A DNA stretch of 63,840 nt, filler included, from Octopus bimaculoides (GCF_001194135.2; 8 parts of 8 records of this genome joined end to end with filler, not necessarily neighbours in it); one strand, 5' to 3'. Shown: positions 1 to 12,955, counted from the whole stretch's first letter. Notes: generated by a model not told the origin, from the letters alone. Translations and numbers: made by a program.

Positions 1-317
1 ACGTGGAATTAAACAACCAAGCGTTCCCGCTCAATTCATTCTCTTTCTTGCTGGCCAGCAATAGAGCATGGACGTGTCAAGCAGTGTCTCTAACATTCCA
101 ACCTGGAGACAGTCTCTTTACGTGTATAGCTGTCACTCTCCATCTTTCGGACTTACACTCGACAGCTCGCTCACATCTACATAACAACGTCCCAACAACT
201 ATGCTCACACACATAGAAGCTGTAACAACAAGAGCTAAAGATGTATATATTTACAACCTAAATAAAGTGTTGTTTAAGTTGATAGTCTGGAGTTCAGCGT
301 TCCGTTATATTCTATAA
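1..317 (+). mobile_element. LTR-like sequence (possible solo LTR, cut by the window edge)
   Basis: CpG-containing non-coding tract with AATAAA near 260 followed by a U5-like end. It abuts the truncated Gypsy RT. No second copy is seen in the window. Confidence 0.3.
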
Positions 318-364
318 TTTTATATAGGAAAGTCAGGTATACAACTAATGATGTATAACCAACT

Positions 365-625
365 TTCCATTGAGTTTTGCAAAAATTTCTTCCAGACTTG
401 GTAATGGGTAATTGTATGTCATCAAATATTCGTTCAAACTTGTTGAAAAGTCAGCACATACTTGTATTTTATTATCTTTTTCTTTACATAAACAGGTGTT
501 TATCTCCAAGCTTTTCAAGTCTATCCAATTCCTCTTTGACTTGATTCAATGCCATGAAAGGTACAGCTCGCTTCGGTTTGAATACTGTTACAGCGTTTTC
601 TTTCACATGAAATTTTAATTTTGTC
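365..625 (-). pseudogene. Gypsy reverse transcriptase N-terminal fragment, internally deleted
   Basis: Manual translation gives FKPKRAVPFMALNQVKEELDRLEKLG, then a deletion or frameshift, then PVYVKKKNNKIQVCADFSTSLNEYLMTYNYPLPSLEEIFAKLNGK. Confidence 0.85.
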
Positions 626-684
626 TTGGTGCACATACCTAATTCTGCAGAAAAAACATGAGGAAAAACTTTTTTCTCGACACC

Positions 685-1077
685 TTATTTGAAACTGGCA
701 TAAGAGCCGTTTACATTATTACAAAAAATATTTATAGGGAGGTTCCATAAATCAAATAGTTCCATCCAGCCTGTGCCAAATAAGTTTGTCATATTTTTTA
801 AAACATAAACTTTGGTTTTCAAAGTTTTTCCATGAAATGTCACCACACTTATCATTTCGCCCAAAAATCGCAATTGTTTCTCTGAAATACCTTGTGCAAT
901 TTTCAAAGATTTTTTCAATGTAGGCTTTCCTATTTTTCTCCATGTATCATCATTAATTATCATGATATCGCTACCTGTGTCCAACTGTAGTCTCGTATTC
1001 ACATTGTTTATTTTTATGGAGATAAATTTTCTTTTTTGTGTCACGCTTTGCATTTGTGTTGACAATATTTTTTTCAT
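685..1077 (-). pseudogene. Retrotransposon aspartic protease
   Basis: ORF contains IKINNVNTRLQLDTGSDIMII..TWRKIGKP, the retropepsin DTG motif. Confidence 0.9.
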
Positions 1078-1089
1078 TCAACCTTTTTT

Positions 1090-1996
1090 GTTTTACGCAA
1101 CAATGTGAATTGTGTTCGATTTTTCCACATCCAAAACATTTTAGATTTTTAAAAGGACAGTTTCTTTTAAAATGTATGTCTCCATATCCATAGCATGGTT
1201 TGGGTCTTGACTGTTGTTTTTCTCTTTACTTATCTGTTACAGATTGACATGTATGTATATTTGAATAATCTTTTTCGATTTTATTCTGTGTCCTGTCGTA
1301 AATTTATAATCCTTTGGTGTTCTTCAGCCACTGCCTGTATAGTTAGTTTTGAATCTTGTTCTAGTTTTGTTAATATCCAAGCCCGTATCTCTGCATCTTT
1401 GCTTGCAACTAATCCTTGTACAAAGATTAGACATTTGAACATGTCCAGGGTTAATTCATTTAGTTTAAATTTTTCACATTCTCTGTTTACGATTCTGGCA
1501 TACCTAACAAAATCTTCAGTTTCTTTTCTTTTTTCAAATTCAAGTACTCTCAACGAATATTAGAGAACTTCTTTCACTGAATATTTTAGATAACAGGTTA
1601 ATTGTTTCCTCGGAACAAATTTCGGATGGTTTTCTCGGTAGGATGTAATTACTATACTTTTCATGTTCTGTGGGTGATAAGTTTCTTAAAAGAAGTCGCA
1701 CCTTTTCGTCTGTCCAGTTTCTACATTCTCCTTCTGAAGTATGCAGAAAATGTAATCCCTTTCTCCTGGTTATAAGTAAATTCTTCAATTGAATTAGCAG
1801 CCCCATCTGTTAGAAATGAACCTGAAGCATTTTCAGACTGCAACAATAATTCCAACAACTGTTGATTTTGCTGTTGTAGTATCTTTTGTTGCTGTTTCTG
1901 TTGTTGTTATTGCTGTCGTAGTTGCCATTGCAACTGTTGCTGCTGTTGTTGTAGTTGTCGTTTCAGCTATACCACAGAAGCTAATAGGTCTTCCAT
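1090..1996 (-). pseudogene. Gypsy gag pseudogene with two CCHC-like zinc knuckles
   Basis: Frameshifted pieces SIEEFTYNQEKGITFSAYFRR, NWTDEKVRLLLRNLSPTEHEKYSNYILP and ECEKFKLNELTLDMFKCLIFVQGL, then knuckles CYGYGDIHFKRNCPF and CFGCGKIEHNSHC at ~1095-1196. Confidence 0.85.
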
Positions 1997-2809
1997 GCTA
2001 AGAATGTCCACAGTGAGCTTCTAATGTCTCGTCACCACTCTTATATCCTTGAGTTTGGATATAGACTACACTGTAACAGTGTTATAACACTACAAAAACT
2101 AAATCAGTATCAAACACGTCACAAACTTATATCTCTTCTTAACTACTTCTACGACTGCCTTCACAAATGCGACTGCACACACCAAACTGTACGTCGCACT
2201 GTCAGCATGCATGCACCTTTATAAAGTTTAGGACAGTTCACTTGCCATCCCACAGGGGTGTCAGAATTTCACCACAACAGTACCTCACCTATTACCCTAA
2301 AATAATGCACTTTAGAACCAACTTACATCCTCACTGAATTCTTTACTTCTTTTCTCTCTGAAGATTAATACAAATTTCTGGAAACATGCAGCATGTATCT
2401 AGCAGACCTCTGATCAAAGGTGATCAAAGCATGACTTCTTAAATGTTATTTAAACACAGTGTACATTTAAGACTACATTGCCCAGTGTGCTTTTCCGTAT
2501 TATTTAACCATGAGGTCAGTCATAATTCACCAGACCTCTGATAAAAAGTATTCCAGGTATAGCAATGTCATCTTTTAAGATACTGTGTGTCCAGGATTGC
2601 AGTCACCAATGTATCTACCTTTTTCAAGATGAAAATATGTGATAAGAAGGCAATCAGCTGCTATTTCTAGCTGATTTACGGACCATGTAGTGACTTCTGT
2701 ATCTTGGTTTTAATTTTGTCAAAATAAAATCAATAACCTGGGAGAAGCTACAAGGCCATGGACATTATAGTTCCTCCTTGACAAGAATAAAGTAAAATCT
2801 TGTGTAGTT

Positions 2810-2965
2810 TAGGCATGACAGTGGTGGTTAAGAAGTTATATTCACAGATTTGATCTAATTGCTCATTTTCTTTGGTAAGTGTCATTTACTCTAGCCTTGG
2901 GTCAAGCAAAGCTTTGTAAGCAGAATTGTGTTGACAGAAACTGTAGAGAAGTTTGCTGGCTTAAA
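2810..2965 (+). mobile_element. Degenerate tRNA-derived SINE (family B)
   Basis: Diverged match to the copy at 10629 (GTGGTTAAGAAG...GGTAAGTGTC...TAGCCTTGGG...GAAACTG). Confidence 0.5.
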
Positions 2966-3389
2966 TGTATCTGTTCTTAGGTGGTAGACTGAGTCTGTCA
3001 GTTTAATACAACTCAGCTCTTGGGTAGCTTAACAGGATTTATCACTGATTTATTTAGATCAAGTTTTCAATTTAAAGATAAGTTAGTATCCTAACTAACC
3101 GTTTCCTACAACTATAGTAACACTTCAGTTGTGCCTTTTTCCTACCCTAACTAGTCTCGGAGAACCTATAATAGATTAATTAGGTGATCTCCTCCCAGTG
3201 AGCTAAAAAAAAAAAAAAAACCTTAAAAAATGAAAGATGAGAAATATTTTAAACTAACATGGATTGTGAGTAAGCTGAATTGCTAAGAGTAGAAAGTCAT
3301 ATATACACTCTTGAAATCAACATTCCACAAACACTCCTTTTGGTGAATTGTTAACACATTCATGCTGAGGCCAGAAAATGATATAGAAC

Positions 3390-3705
3390 AGAGTCAGGTG
3401 AAAAAGTCCAAATGATCAGCTGAAAAACACAAAATTTCAACTGATACTCAAGGGAAAGGTCCAGATAGTTAGCCAAAAAATGCAGATAGTCAGCTTAAAA
3501 GTCCTACTATTCAGGTGAAAACCTCAGATGGTTAGCTGAAAAGTCAAGATAGTCAGTTAAAAAGGCGAGATAGTCTACCAAAAAGAACATGAAATTGGCT
3601 GAAAAGCCCAAATTAATTAGCTGAAAGGTTCAGATGGTCAGCTACAAAGCTCAGCCAGTCAACTGAAATGTTCAGATGATCAGCTAAAAAGTCTGATGGG
3701 TTAGT
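3390..3705. repeat. Diverged 21-bp minisatellite, about 14 units
   Basis: Consensus approximately GATAGTCAGCTGAAAAGTCCA, read directly from the repeated units. Confidence 0.8.
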
Positions 3706-5614
3706 AAACATACACTTAAACTACAAAACAATGTTCTAAATTTAGAATTTCACAATATGTGAGATGTATTGAGGGAAGATTTGTATCATTTTAAAAATAC
3801 AGTAAAAAAGATTTATATGTTTGAAAAACTTGGTGGAAACTTGTTAAAAATTATTACAGTTACATTTCAATATAACAATATACACATACCCACAGGTAAA
3901 CACAGACAGGTATGCTCACGTGCACACACACACACGCAGAAAGACAGATATACAGTCACAGAGATACATACAGATAAAGAACAAGCAATGTAATGTTAAT
4001 GATTCTCTTATTGTCAACCACAAAATGTGAAAGTTTTGAGTAGTAAAGTTCTTGGTATTGATGATTAAAAAATTCATGACTTGCATAAAATCCTTCTAAT
4101 TACCAAAGTTCTATGTGACTTTAACAAAAACTCTCTAATTACCAAAACATACAGCTGAATTATATTGATTTCTGATTCTGATGTTTCATGCACTTCATCT
4201 AAGTGTAACTTAAATCTACATTTGATCAGTGATATTTTAAATGATTACGGCATCCCCATTACTGGCCAAAGATCAATGTCTACATCAGAAATTAAAACTG
4301 AAATATTTTCTGAGGTAAAATTCTCAATTTTTCATCCACCCTCATCACCAACAGATGCTGTACATTGATAACAGATCTTTTTTTGGATAGTGAAAACTCA
4401 ATTTTAAACATTGACAACCTTTTCTTCAAAATATTGGTTTTTACTTTTCATTCCAGCATAAAGTCTAAGAGAAAGGATGGGAGTTACGAAGTGTAGGATG
4501 GTACAAGGAATACAGTCAATGACAGAAACAGAGAGAAAAGGAAGGGAGAGATAGAGAGATGAAGAAAGAAAGAAGAGAAAGATATCAAATCATTTGCTAC
4601 AAACTGAATCATTTGTTGATTGCTTGATAGTTTTGAAAGCTAAGCATCAAGGACCAAAAGCAGTTGGAGGCTATGAGTTTGTCAATGGAGATAAAAACAA
4701 CAGCAGTAACATCATCATCACCATTATCATCAGTAGTAGCAGCAGGAGTAGAGTCATCTTTGCAGCTCCTCCTTCAGCTGAACTACTTCATATAGTCTAT
4801 TGTCAATAGATATCATGCAATAATAGATTCATGCACAGAAACTGCAAAGGAAATCTACATACCTCGTATGCTGTCTGATTTTTTTCTATTTCTATATATC
4901 TGGTTTCCTGCTTCTAACTAACAGCCCAGCATGAACATTATTACATGATGTTCGCTGAAGTGTAATGAATCACTGCCTTACATAATATTTCAGCTGATGA
5001 ATGGCCAGAAACAAAAGCCAGCATTTTGACACCAATACTTGCAATCTATATTCACAACTAAATAAGCCAAGAGCCATAAATATAAATAAAGACCAGAAAT
5101 TTGGCTGTAGTAATTGTATTGTTTACTATGTGAACATAAAAATCTATTGTAGACTGAATAAAAGTTATCAGTTATAATGATAATGATGTAGACTTAATTG
5201 AAAGAAGGGAAAAACTTAGAGGATAACATGAAGCACAGAAAAGAGATAATATCTACATATATTTGGAAATGATTATAACATTGTACTATCATAATCACTC
5301 TTTTATCCAAAAATAAAATCATGGTGTAGATTATAAAATTAAATTAAATAAGCCATTCCATAATGGTGTTAAAAATACAGAATTACAAAATCAGACTATT
5401 TCCTAAAGTTCTTTTTAACTATATTCAAAAGCAATATCTTAGATTTTCTTCATAAAAATTTTGCACAGTACAATGTGTGTGTGTGTGTAAGTGTGAGAAG
5501 TAGAGAGAGAGAGAGAGCATATATGCATAATGTGTATAACATGATTTACCAACAATTTTTGTGTAACAAGCAGACCTAACTCTGGGCCTGTGCATTATTT
5601 GAGACACTATGGAA

Positions 5615-6240
5615 CCAGACTCATTTCATCTGGGGAACAGATGATGATAGTTGGATGGGGCCAAATCAGGAGAATAGGGAGGGTGATCAAACAATTTAAA
5701 GCCACAGTCATGTACACCAGCTATTGAAACTAAGGACTTGTGTGCTGGAACATTGTTCTGGTGAAACAAGAACCCTAAGTTTTCCTGGGTATTTGGTCTT
5801 GATACCCTTTTGTAACTGCCTTGGCAAATCAGTATAGTATTCTCCATTGATGCCGTGAACTTTTTGAAGGTAGTCAATAAACAATGCCTTTTGCATCTCA
5901 AAAAACTGAGGATATCACCTTCCCTGCAGAAGAAATGACCTCTGGTCTTCTTTGAAGAAGGTGAGGAGGGGGTGTTTCCACTGCATAGATTGTCTCTCTG
6001 TCTCTGATTCAAAGTAAAGAACTCAACACTCATCCTGGGTTAGAAAACATTGAAGAAAACCAACTGAATCCACCTCAAATAATGCCAGATTTTCCTGTGA
6101 TCTGATCAGATGTCAGAAGATGTGACACCCACTGAGGAGAAATCTTTGTTATGTCAAGTTCACAGGATATGCTAATAGCATTGGCTATTTCATTTAATGT
6201 CAATCACCTATCATCCCTCACCATCCTGTCAAACATATTT
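5615..6240 (-). mobile_element. mariner (DD34D-type) transposase fragment
   Basis: Frameshifted motifs ELDITKISPQWVSHLLT, FLTQDEC, QSMQWKHP, HQNNVPAH and HPPYSPDLAPS. Confidence 0.85.
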
Positions 6241-8197
6241 CATTCTATATATAAATGTTGATAGTATAGTGTCACCTCACCCCCCTACTAAACCTACCCC
6301 ATCATCTTTTCACTTTGTCACTTAGAGCTGACATTACACTGTCCCTTTAATTGCTCATTCCCACAACACTGACTTCTTTGTTATTCCTTTATCACCCGCT
6401 CACAATTATAAAATTTGTCCTCCCAACTTTAACTTCTCTCAACACCTCACCTAAAGCCATTACTCTCTTGCTCCTGTTCTCCCTTTTAGTGGTGGGGTGC
6501 TTTTTAGTCTTGCAACGTAAAAGTGACCTAACTAATATTGATGATCAGAAGAAAACAACAAAAAAAAAAAACATCCAATATATTTTGTAAAGTAGTGTTG
6601 GAACAGAGTGGAGACAAAATAAGGTTGAGAGGATGCTTTCGTTCTGCAATGGAATATGACAACCTTTCTACTGGTGCATGGAAAAATGCAGCTAGTACAC
6701 TCTGTAAAGTGGTTGACGTTAGGAATATCATCCAGTCATAGAAACTATGACAAAACATGTTTGAGCAAGATCTGGCTGTCTGATGTGTTGGATCTTGTTA
6801 AAATGTCCAGCCTCTGCCAGCATAGAAGGCTGATGTAAAGTGATGATGATAATGATGGTGATAATAAAAATAATAATGGCACATACATACTAACAGTAAA
6901 TAAAGACAATAGTTTGGTATGTCACAAATTGTTGTGTTTCTCCTTCAGTTCGTTCTTTATTATTTTCACAGGACTTCAAAGCAGAAGCGTCAGCATTCTG
7001 ATAAAAAAATTCAATTCCATAAATAACTGTATGGTGTCATCCTTCATGTCGAATTGTATTTAAAATAACTTTGAATGCATAATATACAAAAGAAAGGTGT
7101 TCTAAATACAGAACACAAATTAATAGAGAGATATGGAGGGAGGGTTTGTTTGTTTGACCGACCGACCGATCTATCTATCTATCTATGTGTGTTTGCATGT
7201 ATGTATGCATACACACAAGCACAAGTCTATTCTTATGTATGCATTTCCATGTTAGCATAAGTTAGATGAATACAGATTGGGACATTATTTCACTGCTGGA
7301 TACTTTTGTAGTAGCTAATACTTACCTATTTTTTCATGTAATGTATCTTTTATATTTCATCCATTACAGAGCTATGGAACATTTTGTTGGTACAGAAGGT
7401 CAATAAACCTGATATTTTTTTACTCAACATTTTAATGAGAAAATGTAGAATGTAAACATTCACAAACACACAAACGTGTGAAGAATATTACAGCTTCATA
7501 TTAGAAAGAAAAAGTTGGTTATGTATTTCCGCTAAAATACTTCAAAACAAAAACTTCTGAATAGAATCAGTTAAAAATGATAAAATCTCCAAAAATGCAT
7601 GAAATAATTGAAATATTAAATGATTATGGTTGCACCATGGACATGGTAGTACCCTCCATAAATAATATAGTTATTTTTCTCCTTCCATGTCAAAAGAATA
7701 GTCAAGATTTCAATAGCAAGACAAAGAAAGAATTCTTTTATGTAGACAAGTAATTCAAGATGAAACCTATCTCTTTATGTGTTGAATGTCATACCAAATA
7801 AAAAAAAAGTATATTATAAAAACAAAAAACATAAATGTTTCATATCAATAATCAATAATATTTACGATGACACAATGTTTGTTACACATAAGGAAAAACA
7901 AGTAAAAAAAAGTGACATTGAAAGGAAGTAGTGATGTGTTTCTAAATGGGGATTGAAACCAGAAATTACAGTTTTACTGAGAATATATTTTTATAGCAAG
8001 GTTTCGTAAAACCAAGTTAATGTATAGTAATGGTTGGTAGTTACATTTAAACTGAATGTAACAACTGGAGACCTTTAATATATTTTATTTGGAGCAATGG
8101 TGTAATAATAAACTTTGGAGAAAGATAAAACCAGTTCACTACCAGCTTTTTGTTGTTCAAGAACAGAAAGTTGCTACTAAAATAAAGCACATTAAGT

Positions 8198-8294
8198 TGT
8201 ATAAAGTATGTTGTGGAAGGTATACTGTGTAAGATATGCTATGGAAGGTATACTGTGTAAAGTATGTTGAGTAAAAAATGCTGTATAAAGTATC
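8198..8294. repeat. Short ~28-bp tandem repeat (2-3 units)
   Basis: TGTATAAAGTATGTTGTGGAAGGTATAC-like units. Confidence 0.6.
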
Positions 8295-9409
8295 CAGGGC
8301 TGTCGCATGACTTTTAGAGCCCCGCCCCGAAACTTTTTGTTTCGATGCCCCATCTCTTCAATCAAAATTCATAAGCTACACACCATTATTATCTGCAAAA
8401 ATCAAACATAGTCCCTTACAGCTTGTGTTTTAGACTCATCACAGCAGAGTCTACTGTGATGCTTCTAAAATACAACATAAAATAACTAACGGTATATCTT
8501 TTTTCTATCCCTCTGTACAAAAATAGATACACACACTTNNNNNNNNNNNNNNNNNNNNNNNNNNNNNNNNNNNNNNNNNNNNNNNNNNNNNNNNNNNNNN
8601 NNNNNNNNNNNNNNNNNNNNNNNNNNNNNNNNNNNNNNNNNNNNNNNNNNNNNNNNNNNNNNNNNNNNNNNNNNNNNNNNNNNNNNNNNNNNNNNNNNNN
8701 NNNNNNNNNNNNNNNNNNNNNNNNNNNNNNNNNNNNNNNNNNNNNNNNNNNNNNNNNNNNNNNNNNNNNNNNNNNNNNNNNNNNNNNNNNNNNNNNNNNN
8801 NNNNNNNNNNNNNNNNNNNNNNNNNNNNNNNNNNNNNNNNNNNNNNNNNNNNNNNNNNNNNNNNNNNNNNNNNNNNNNTAAATAAAATTTGGGATTTTTT
8901 GCGGAGGGTGAAAGTGTTAACAAGAACAGAACAGTGAGAACAAGACAGTAAAAACAAACGGTGAGGGCTGTTGAGCCAAGACGATAGAAAAATTATTATG
9001 AACGCAAGGAGAACGAACCAAGAGAGGAAACAGGCGAGGCACGTCTTTTCATCAGGAAGGAAATGGACAGAAAGATAGATCCCTTTTGTCACGTGTCAGC
9101 GACGAGAGAGTCAAGGAGGAAGAGTAAGAGAGAGAGGGAGGGAACGGAGAAGGGGAGAGGAGAAAAATAGGGAAAGGGTGGGAGAGAAAAACAGAAAGGA
9201 TGAAGAGCAAGAGAGGGAGAGAGATAGACAGAAAAGAAATCGTAGTGATAGAAGAAGAGTGCGCATAGTAGTATTAAGACAAAACTTACTTGGAAAAGGA
9301 TGCGTAGGGTTCGATCATATAATAATATAAATAATATATAGATATACGCATATATACATACATATATGTACATACCTACACACACACACAAATATATATA
9401 TATATATAT

Positions 9410-9662
9410 ATGGGAGAATATACAAATAATAACAACAGACGAGGACAGGTGGTGTAAATAACAAAAGTATATATTAGTATGACGCTCGGGAATACGGAAA
9501 GTCTTTGACGTTTCGAGCTACGCTCTTCAACAGAAAGAATACGGAGACAAGGAGAAAAACACGGAGAAAAAAATTGAATAGTGTTCAGTCAACGGTCAAT
9601 CATAATAATGGCCGATCATAACAATGGCTGACCGGAAGTTAGAAATTCTTATTTCAGGAGAG
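9410..9662 (-). mobile_element. Penelope-like terminal repeat remnant with degenerate hammerhead-like motif
   Basis: Minus strand 9533-9497 reads CTGTTGA-A-GAG-CGTAG-CTC-GAAA-CGTCAAAGAC-TTTC, resembling Penelope pLTR core/stem II/GAAAC architecture. Related sequence occurs at ~50400. Confidence 0.55.
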
Positions 9663-9762
9663 NNNNNNNNNNNNNNNNNNNNNNNNNNNNNNNNNNNNNN
9701 NNNNNNTTAATTAATTAANNNNNNNNNNNNNNNNNNNNNNNNNNNNNNNNNNNNNNNNNNNN
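9663..9762. other. Artificial scaffold linker 44N-TTAATTAATTAA-44N
   Basis: Identical 100-bp spacers at 9663-9762, 17406-17505, 26456-26555, 29025-29124, 36490-36589, 60154-60253 and 62340-62439. Confidence 0.97.
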
Positions 9763-10377
9763 ATATATATATGTATGTATGTATATATATGTACGTACGT
9801 GTGTATGTATGTATGTATGTATGTATGTATGCATGTATCTATGTATCTATGTATATGTGTAAGCAGCTGAGTATGTTTATATATAATTATGTCTGTATCC
9901 GTATGTTTTCTAAGAAATAAATCAAAACTGATGATAAATAAAATAATAATTAGAACGATAATAATCATTTTTCAAAGAAAATGTTGGTGACAATAATGAT
10001 GTTTATGAAAGGAAAAAGAATATTCAATAAAATTAAGATAGACTTCTCAACTGAAAAATTTGTTAGTTTGCTGTTGCAAGATTTTGCACGAAAAGCATAA
10101 GATTATCATTAAGTTTGTCACAATCCTTAATGATAAAACTGTTTTTTTTTTAATGAAAAAATATGGCAACGGTTGACAGTTATGGCAAATACGAAGAATT
10201 TCTTACCTTTTCCTGGATTCTTGGAGAGAAAAGTGCTTCGTAAAATAAAGCATGTCGAGGTCAAGTTGTATCGGAATAATGAGATGATTTGAGAGGGCAA
10301 TACTTCTTTCTTTCTTTTCTTCTTCCTTTCTCTCTCACTCCATCGCTTCTTCTATAACTATATATATATACATATAT

Positions 10378-10408
<31 letters not shown>

Positions 10409-10628
10409 CATAATGTAACAAGCGGCGGAAAAAAATTATTTTGTCCGTTACTTTTGTTTCTTCTATGGTACTTGTTATGTATTTGAATAGTTAACGCTGC
10501 TAAACATAGGTATCTTGAATCAGTGTTTGGCAATCTGGCGGTCTTTTTACATGGAATTTCGTCTGTCTTATGAACCAAAACCCCGAGTAGACTTGTACGC
10601 ATGGATATGAATTATTTATAAATCATAT

Positions 10629-10788
10629 GTAGGAGTGGCTGTGTGGTAAGTAGCTTGCTTACCAACCACATGGTTCCGGGTTCAGTCCCACTGTGTGGCA
10701 CCTTGGGCAAGTGTCTTTTACTATAGCCTTGGGCCGACCAAATCCTTGTGAGTGGATTTGGTAGACGGAAACTGAAAGAAGCCTGTCG

Positions 10789-10800
<12 letters not shown>
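10629..10800 (+). mobile_element. tRNA-derived SINE (family B)
   Basis: A-box-like TGGCTGTGTGG, B-box-like GGTTCAGTCC, body CCTTGGGCAAGTG...GGAAACTGAAAGAAGCC and a (TA)/(TG) tail. Other copies are present in the window. Confidence 0.85.
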
Positions 10801-10821
<21 letters not shown>

Positions 10822-11474
10822 ATGTGTGTGTATGTGTGTGTGTATGTGTGTGTGTGTGTGTGTGNNNNNNNNNNNNNNNNNNNNNNNNNNNNNNNNNNNN
10901 NNNNNNNNNNNNNNNNNNNNNNNNNNNNNNNNNNNNNNNNNNNNNNNNNNNNNNNNNNNNNNNNNNNNNNNNNNNNNNNNNNNNNNNNNNNNNNNNNNNN
11001 NNNNNNNNNNNNNNNNNNNNNNNNNNNNNNNNNNNNNNNNNNNNNNNNNNNNNNNNNNNNNNNNNNNNNNNNNNNNNNNNNNNNNNNNNNNNNNNNNNNN
11101 NNNNNNNNNNNNNNNNNNNNNNNNNNNNNNNNNNNNNNNNNNNNNNNNNNNNNNNNNNNNNNNNNNNNNNNNNNNNNNNNNNNNNNNNNNNNNNNNNNNN
11201 NNNNNNNNNNNNNNNNNNNNNNNNNNNNNNNNNNNNNNNNNNNNNNNNNNNNNNNNNNNNNNNNNNNNNNNNNNNNNNNNNNNNNNNNNNNNNNNNNNNN
11301 NNNNNNNNNNNNNNNGCATCATAGCATCATAATTTTGAAATATCTATAAAACCATCAAAAGCTTGTTTATTTTTATGTTTTTTTTATTTATTATTAGTGT
11401 TGCTTAATATGTTTTGCTAAAATTGCTCTTTCTTTTCAGATATCATCAGAAAAAGATAATTAAAATTCTTTAAA

Positions 11475-12437
11475 ATGACAGATCTATAGGACTTTCAAAG
11501 AAGTCAAATTGTTGGTGCTCGTATGGCAGGTGCTAGCGTAACGAAAGCAGCCGAAATGTTTAGTGTATCAAGATGTACTGTCTGAAAAGTAATGACAGCC
11601 TTTCAGAAGGAGGGAAAAACCTCCTCGTCGAAATAAAACTCCGGAAGAAAACCAAAACTTTCAGATAGGAACGTCGGACCCTTACGCCAATTGTTAGAAA
11701 GGATCACAAAAGTACAGCTCCCAACATTACGTCAGAGCTTCATGACCACCTTGAGAACTCAGTTTCCACAAAAAGTATTCGCCGGGAGGTGCACAAAGCC
11801 GGATTTCACGAGAGGGCTGTAATCAGAAAACCACTACTTTCAAAAACAAACGTTGCAAAGCGTTTAGTGTGGAGTAAAAACCTACAAAATTGGTCACAAG
11901 ATCAGTGGAAGAATCATATTTTCTAGGACGAGTCATCCTGTACCGTATTTCTGACCACCGGCCGAGTATGCGTGTGGAGACAGCCAAAAGAAGCATTTGA
12001 CCCAGACTGCCTTCTTCCAACTGTTAGACATGGAAGAGGATATGTGATGATCTGGGGACTTATACCTTGGAAATCCGCCGAACCAATGGTTTCCCCTCAT
12101 GGCAGAATTAATAGTCAAGACTATTTAAGCATTTTATCTGATCAAATTCATTCTATGTTTGCGGAACTGCTTCCGGAGTGAAACGCTATCTTTCAGGATG
12201 ATAATGCACCAATTCACACAGCTAAAGTTGTTAGTGAATGGCACAAGGAACATTCTAGTGAAGTTGAACATTTTATCTGGCCACCACAGTCCCCAGATCT
12301 CAATATTATTGAACATTTATGGAGCATTTTAGAAAAACAAGTAAGGAATCGATATCCTCCACCATCATCACTACAAGAACTGGAGACTGTTTTAGCTGAA
12401 GAACGGACAAAAATTCCTTTGGAAACAATTAACACTC
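11475..12437 (+). mobile_element. Tc1 (DD34E) transposase pseudogene, 3'-truncated
   Basis: MTDL*DFQRSQIVGARMAGASV HTH, GRKPKL, DES, VMIWG, FQDDNAPIH and WPPQSPDLNIIEHLW, with several stops and a frameshift. Confidence 0.93.
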
Positions 12438-12526
12438 TGGAAACATGGATCATCATCATTCCTAAACAGCTGCGCTGTCTGGCAGAAGGAACATGTGCTA
12501 AAGCATGAAGTCTTTTGACATACCTT

Positions 12527-12620
12527 TTCGACCTCGGTGGAATTTGAACTCAGAACGTAAAGGCGGACGAAATACGGCTAAGTATTTTGCCCAGCGTGCT
12601 AACGATTCTGCCGCCTTAGG
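12527..12620 (-). mobile_element. SINE family A head (truncated copy, part of a local duplication)
   Basis: Near-identical to 13879-13969. Confidence 0.85.
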
Positions 12621-12678
12621 GGTTCTAAATATTAAGTCCCCTTAGTTTTATACTTGATTCGCCACTAACATACATACA

Positions 12679-12734
<56 letters not shown>

Positions 12735-12872
12735 CATACGTTTTGTTGTATTTAATGTGAACAATAACCGTATCACAATTTACAAGGGGTTGATTCCTAT
12801 GAGTTCTGTGGTGGTTGACCAGGCCTGCATTATACATACATACATACATACATACATACATACATACATACA

Positions 12873-12954
<82 letters not shown>

Positions 12955-12955
<1 letters not shown>

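Larger units (their letters stand above)
365..2235 (-). mobile_element. Ty3/Gypsy (Mag-like) LTR retrotransposon, 5' half, degenerate
   Basis: Minus-strand order: LTR-like tract (~2039-2235), PBS TGGTGACGAG (2028-2037), gag from ATG at 1996, two zinc knuckles, protease LDTGS, RT N-terminus. The element ends after RT ...FAKLNGK. Confidence 0.9.

Noticed and set aside
4165-4368. Protein-like ORF with a GAG|GTAAAA donor at 4313
   Set aside because: The only nearby acceptor (4154) gives stops in all three frames, and no family is recognised.
10629-10700. tRNA gene
   Set aside because: A/B-box-like motifs continue into a multi-copy SINE body, and I found no cloverleaf. The same applies to the other SINE heads and to ~24600-24660.
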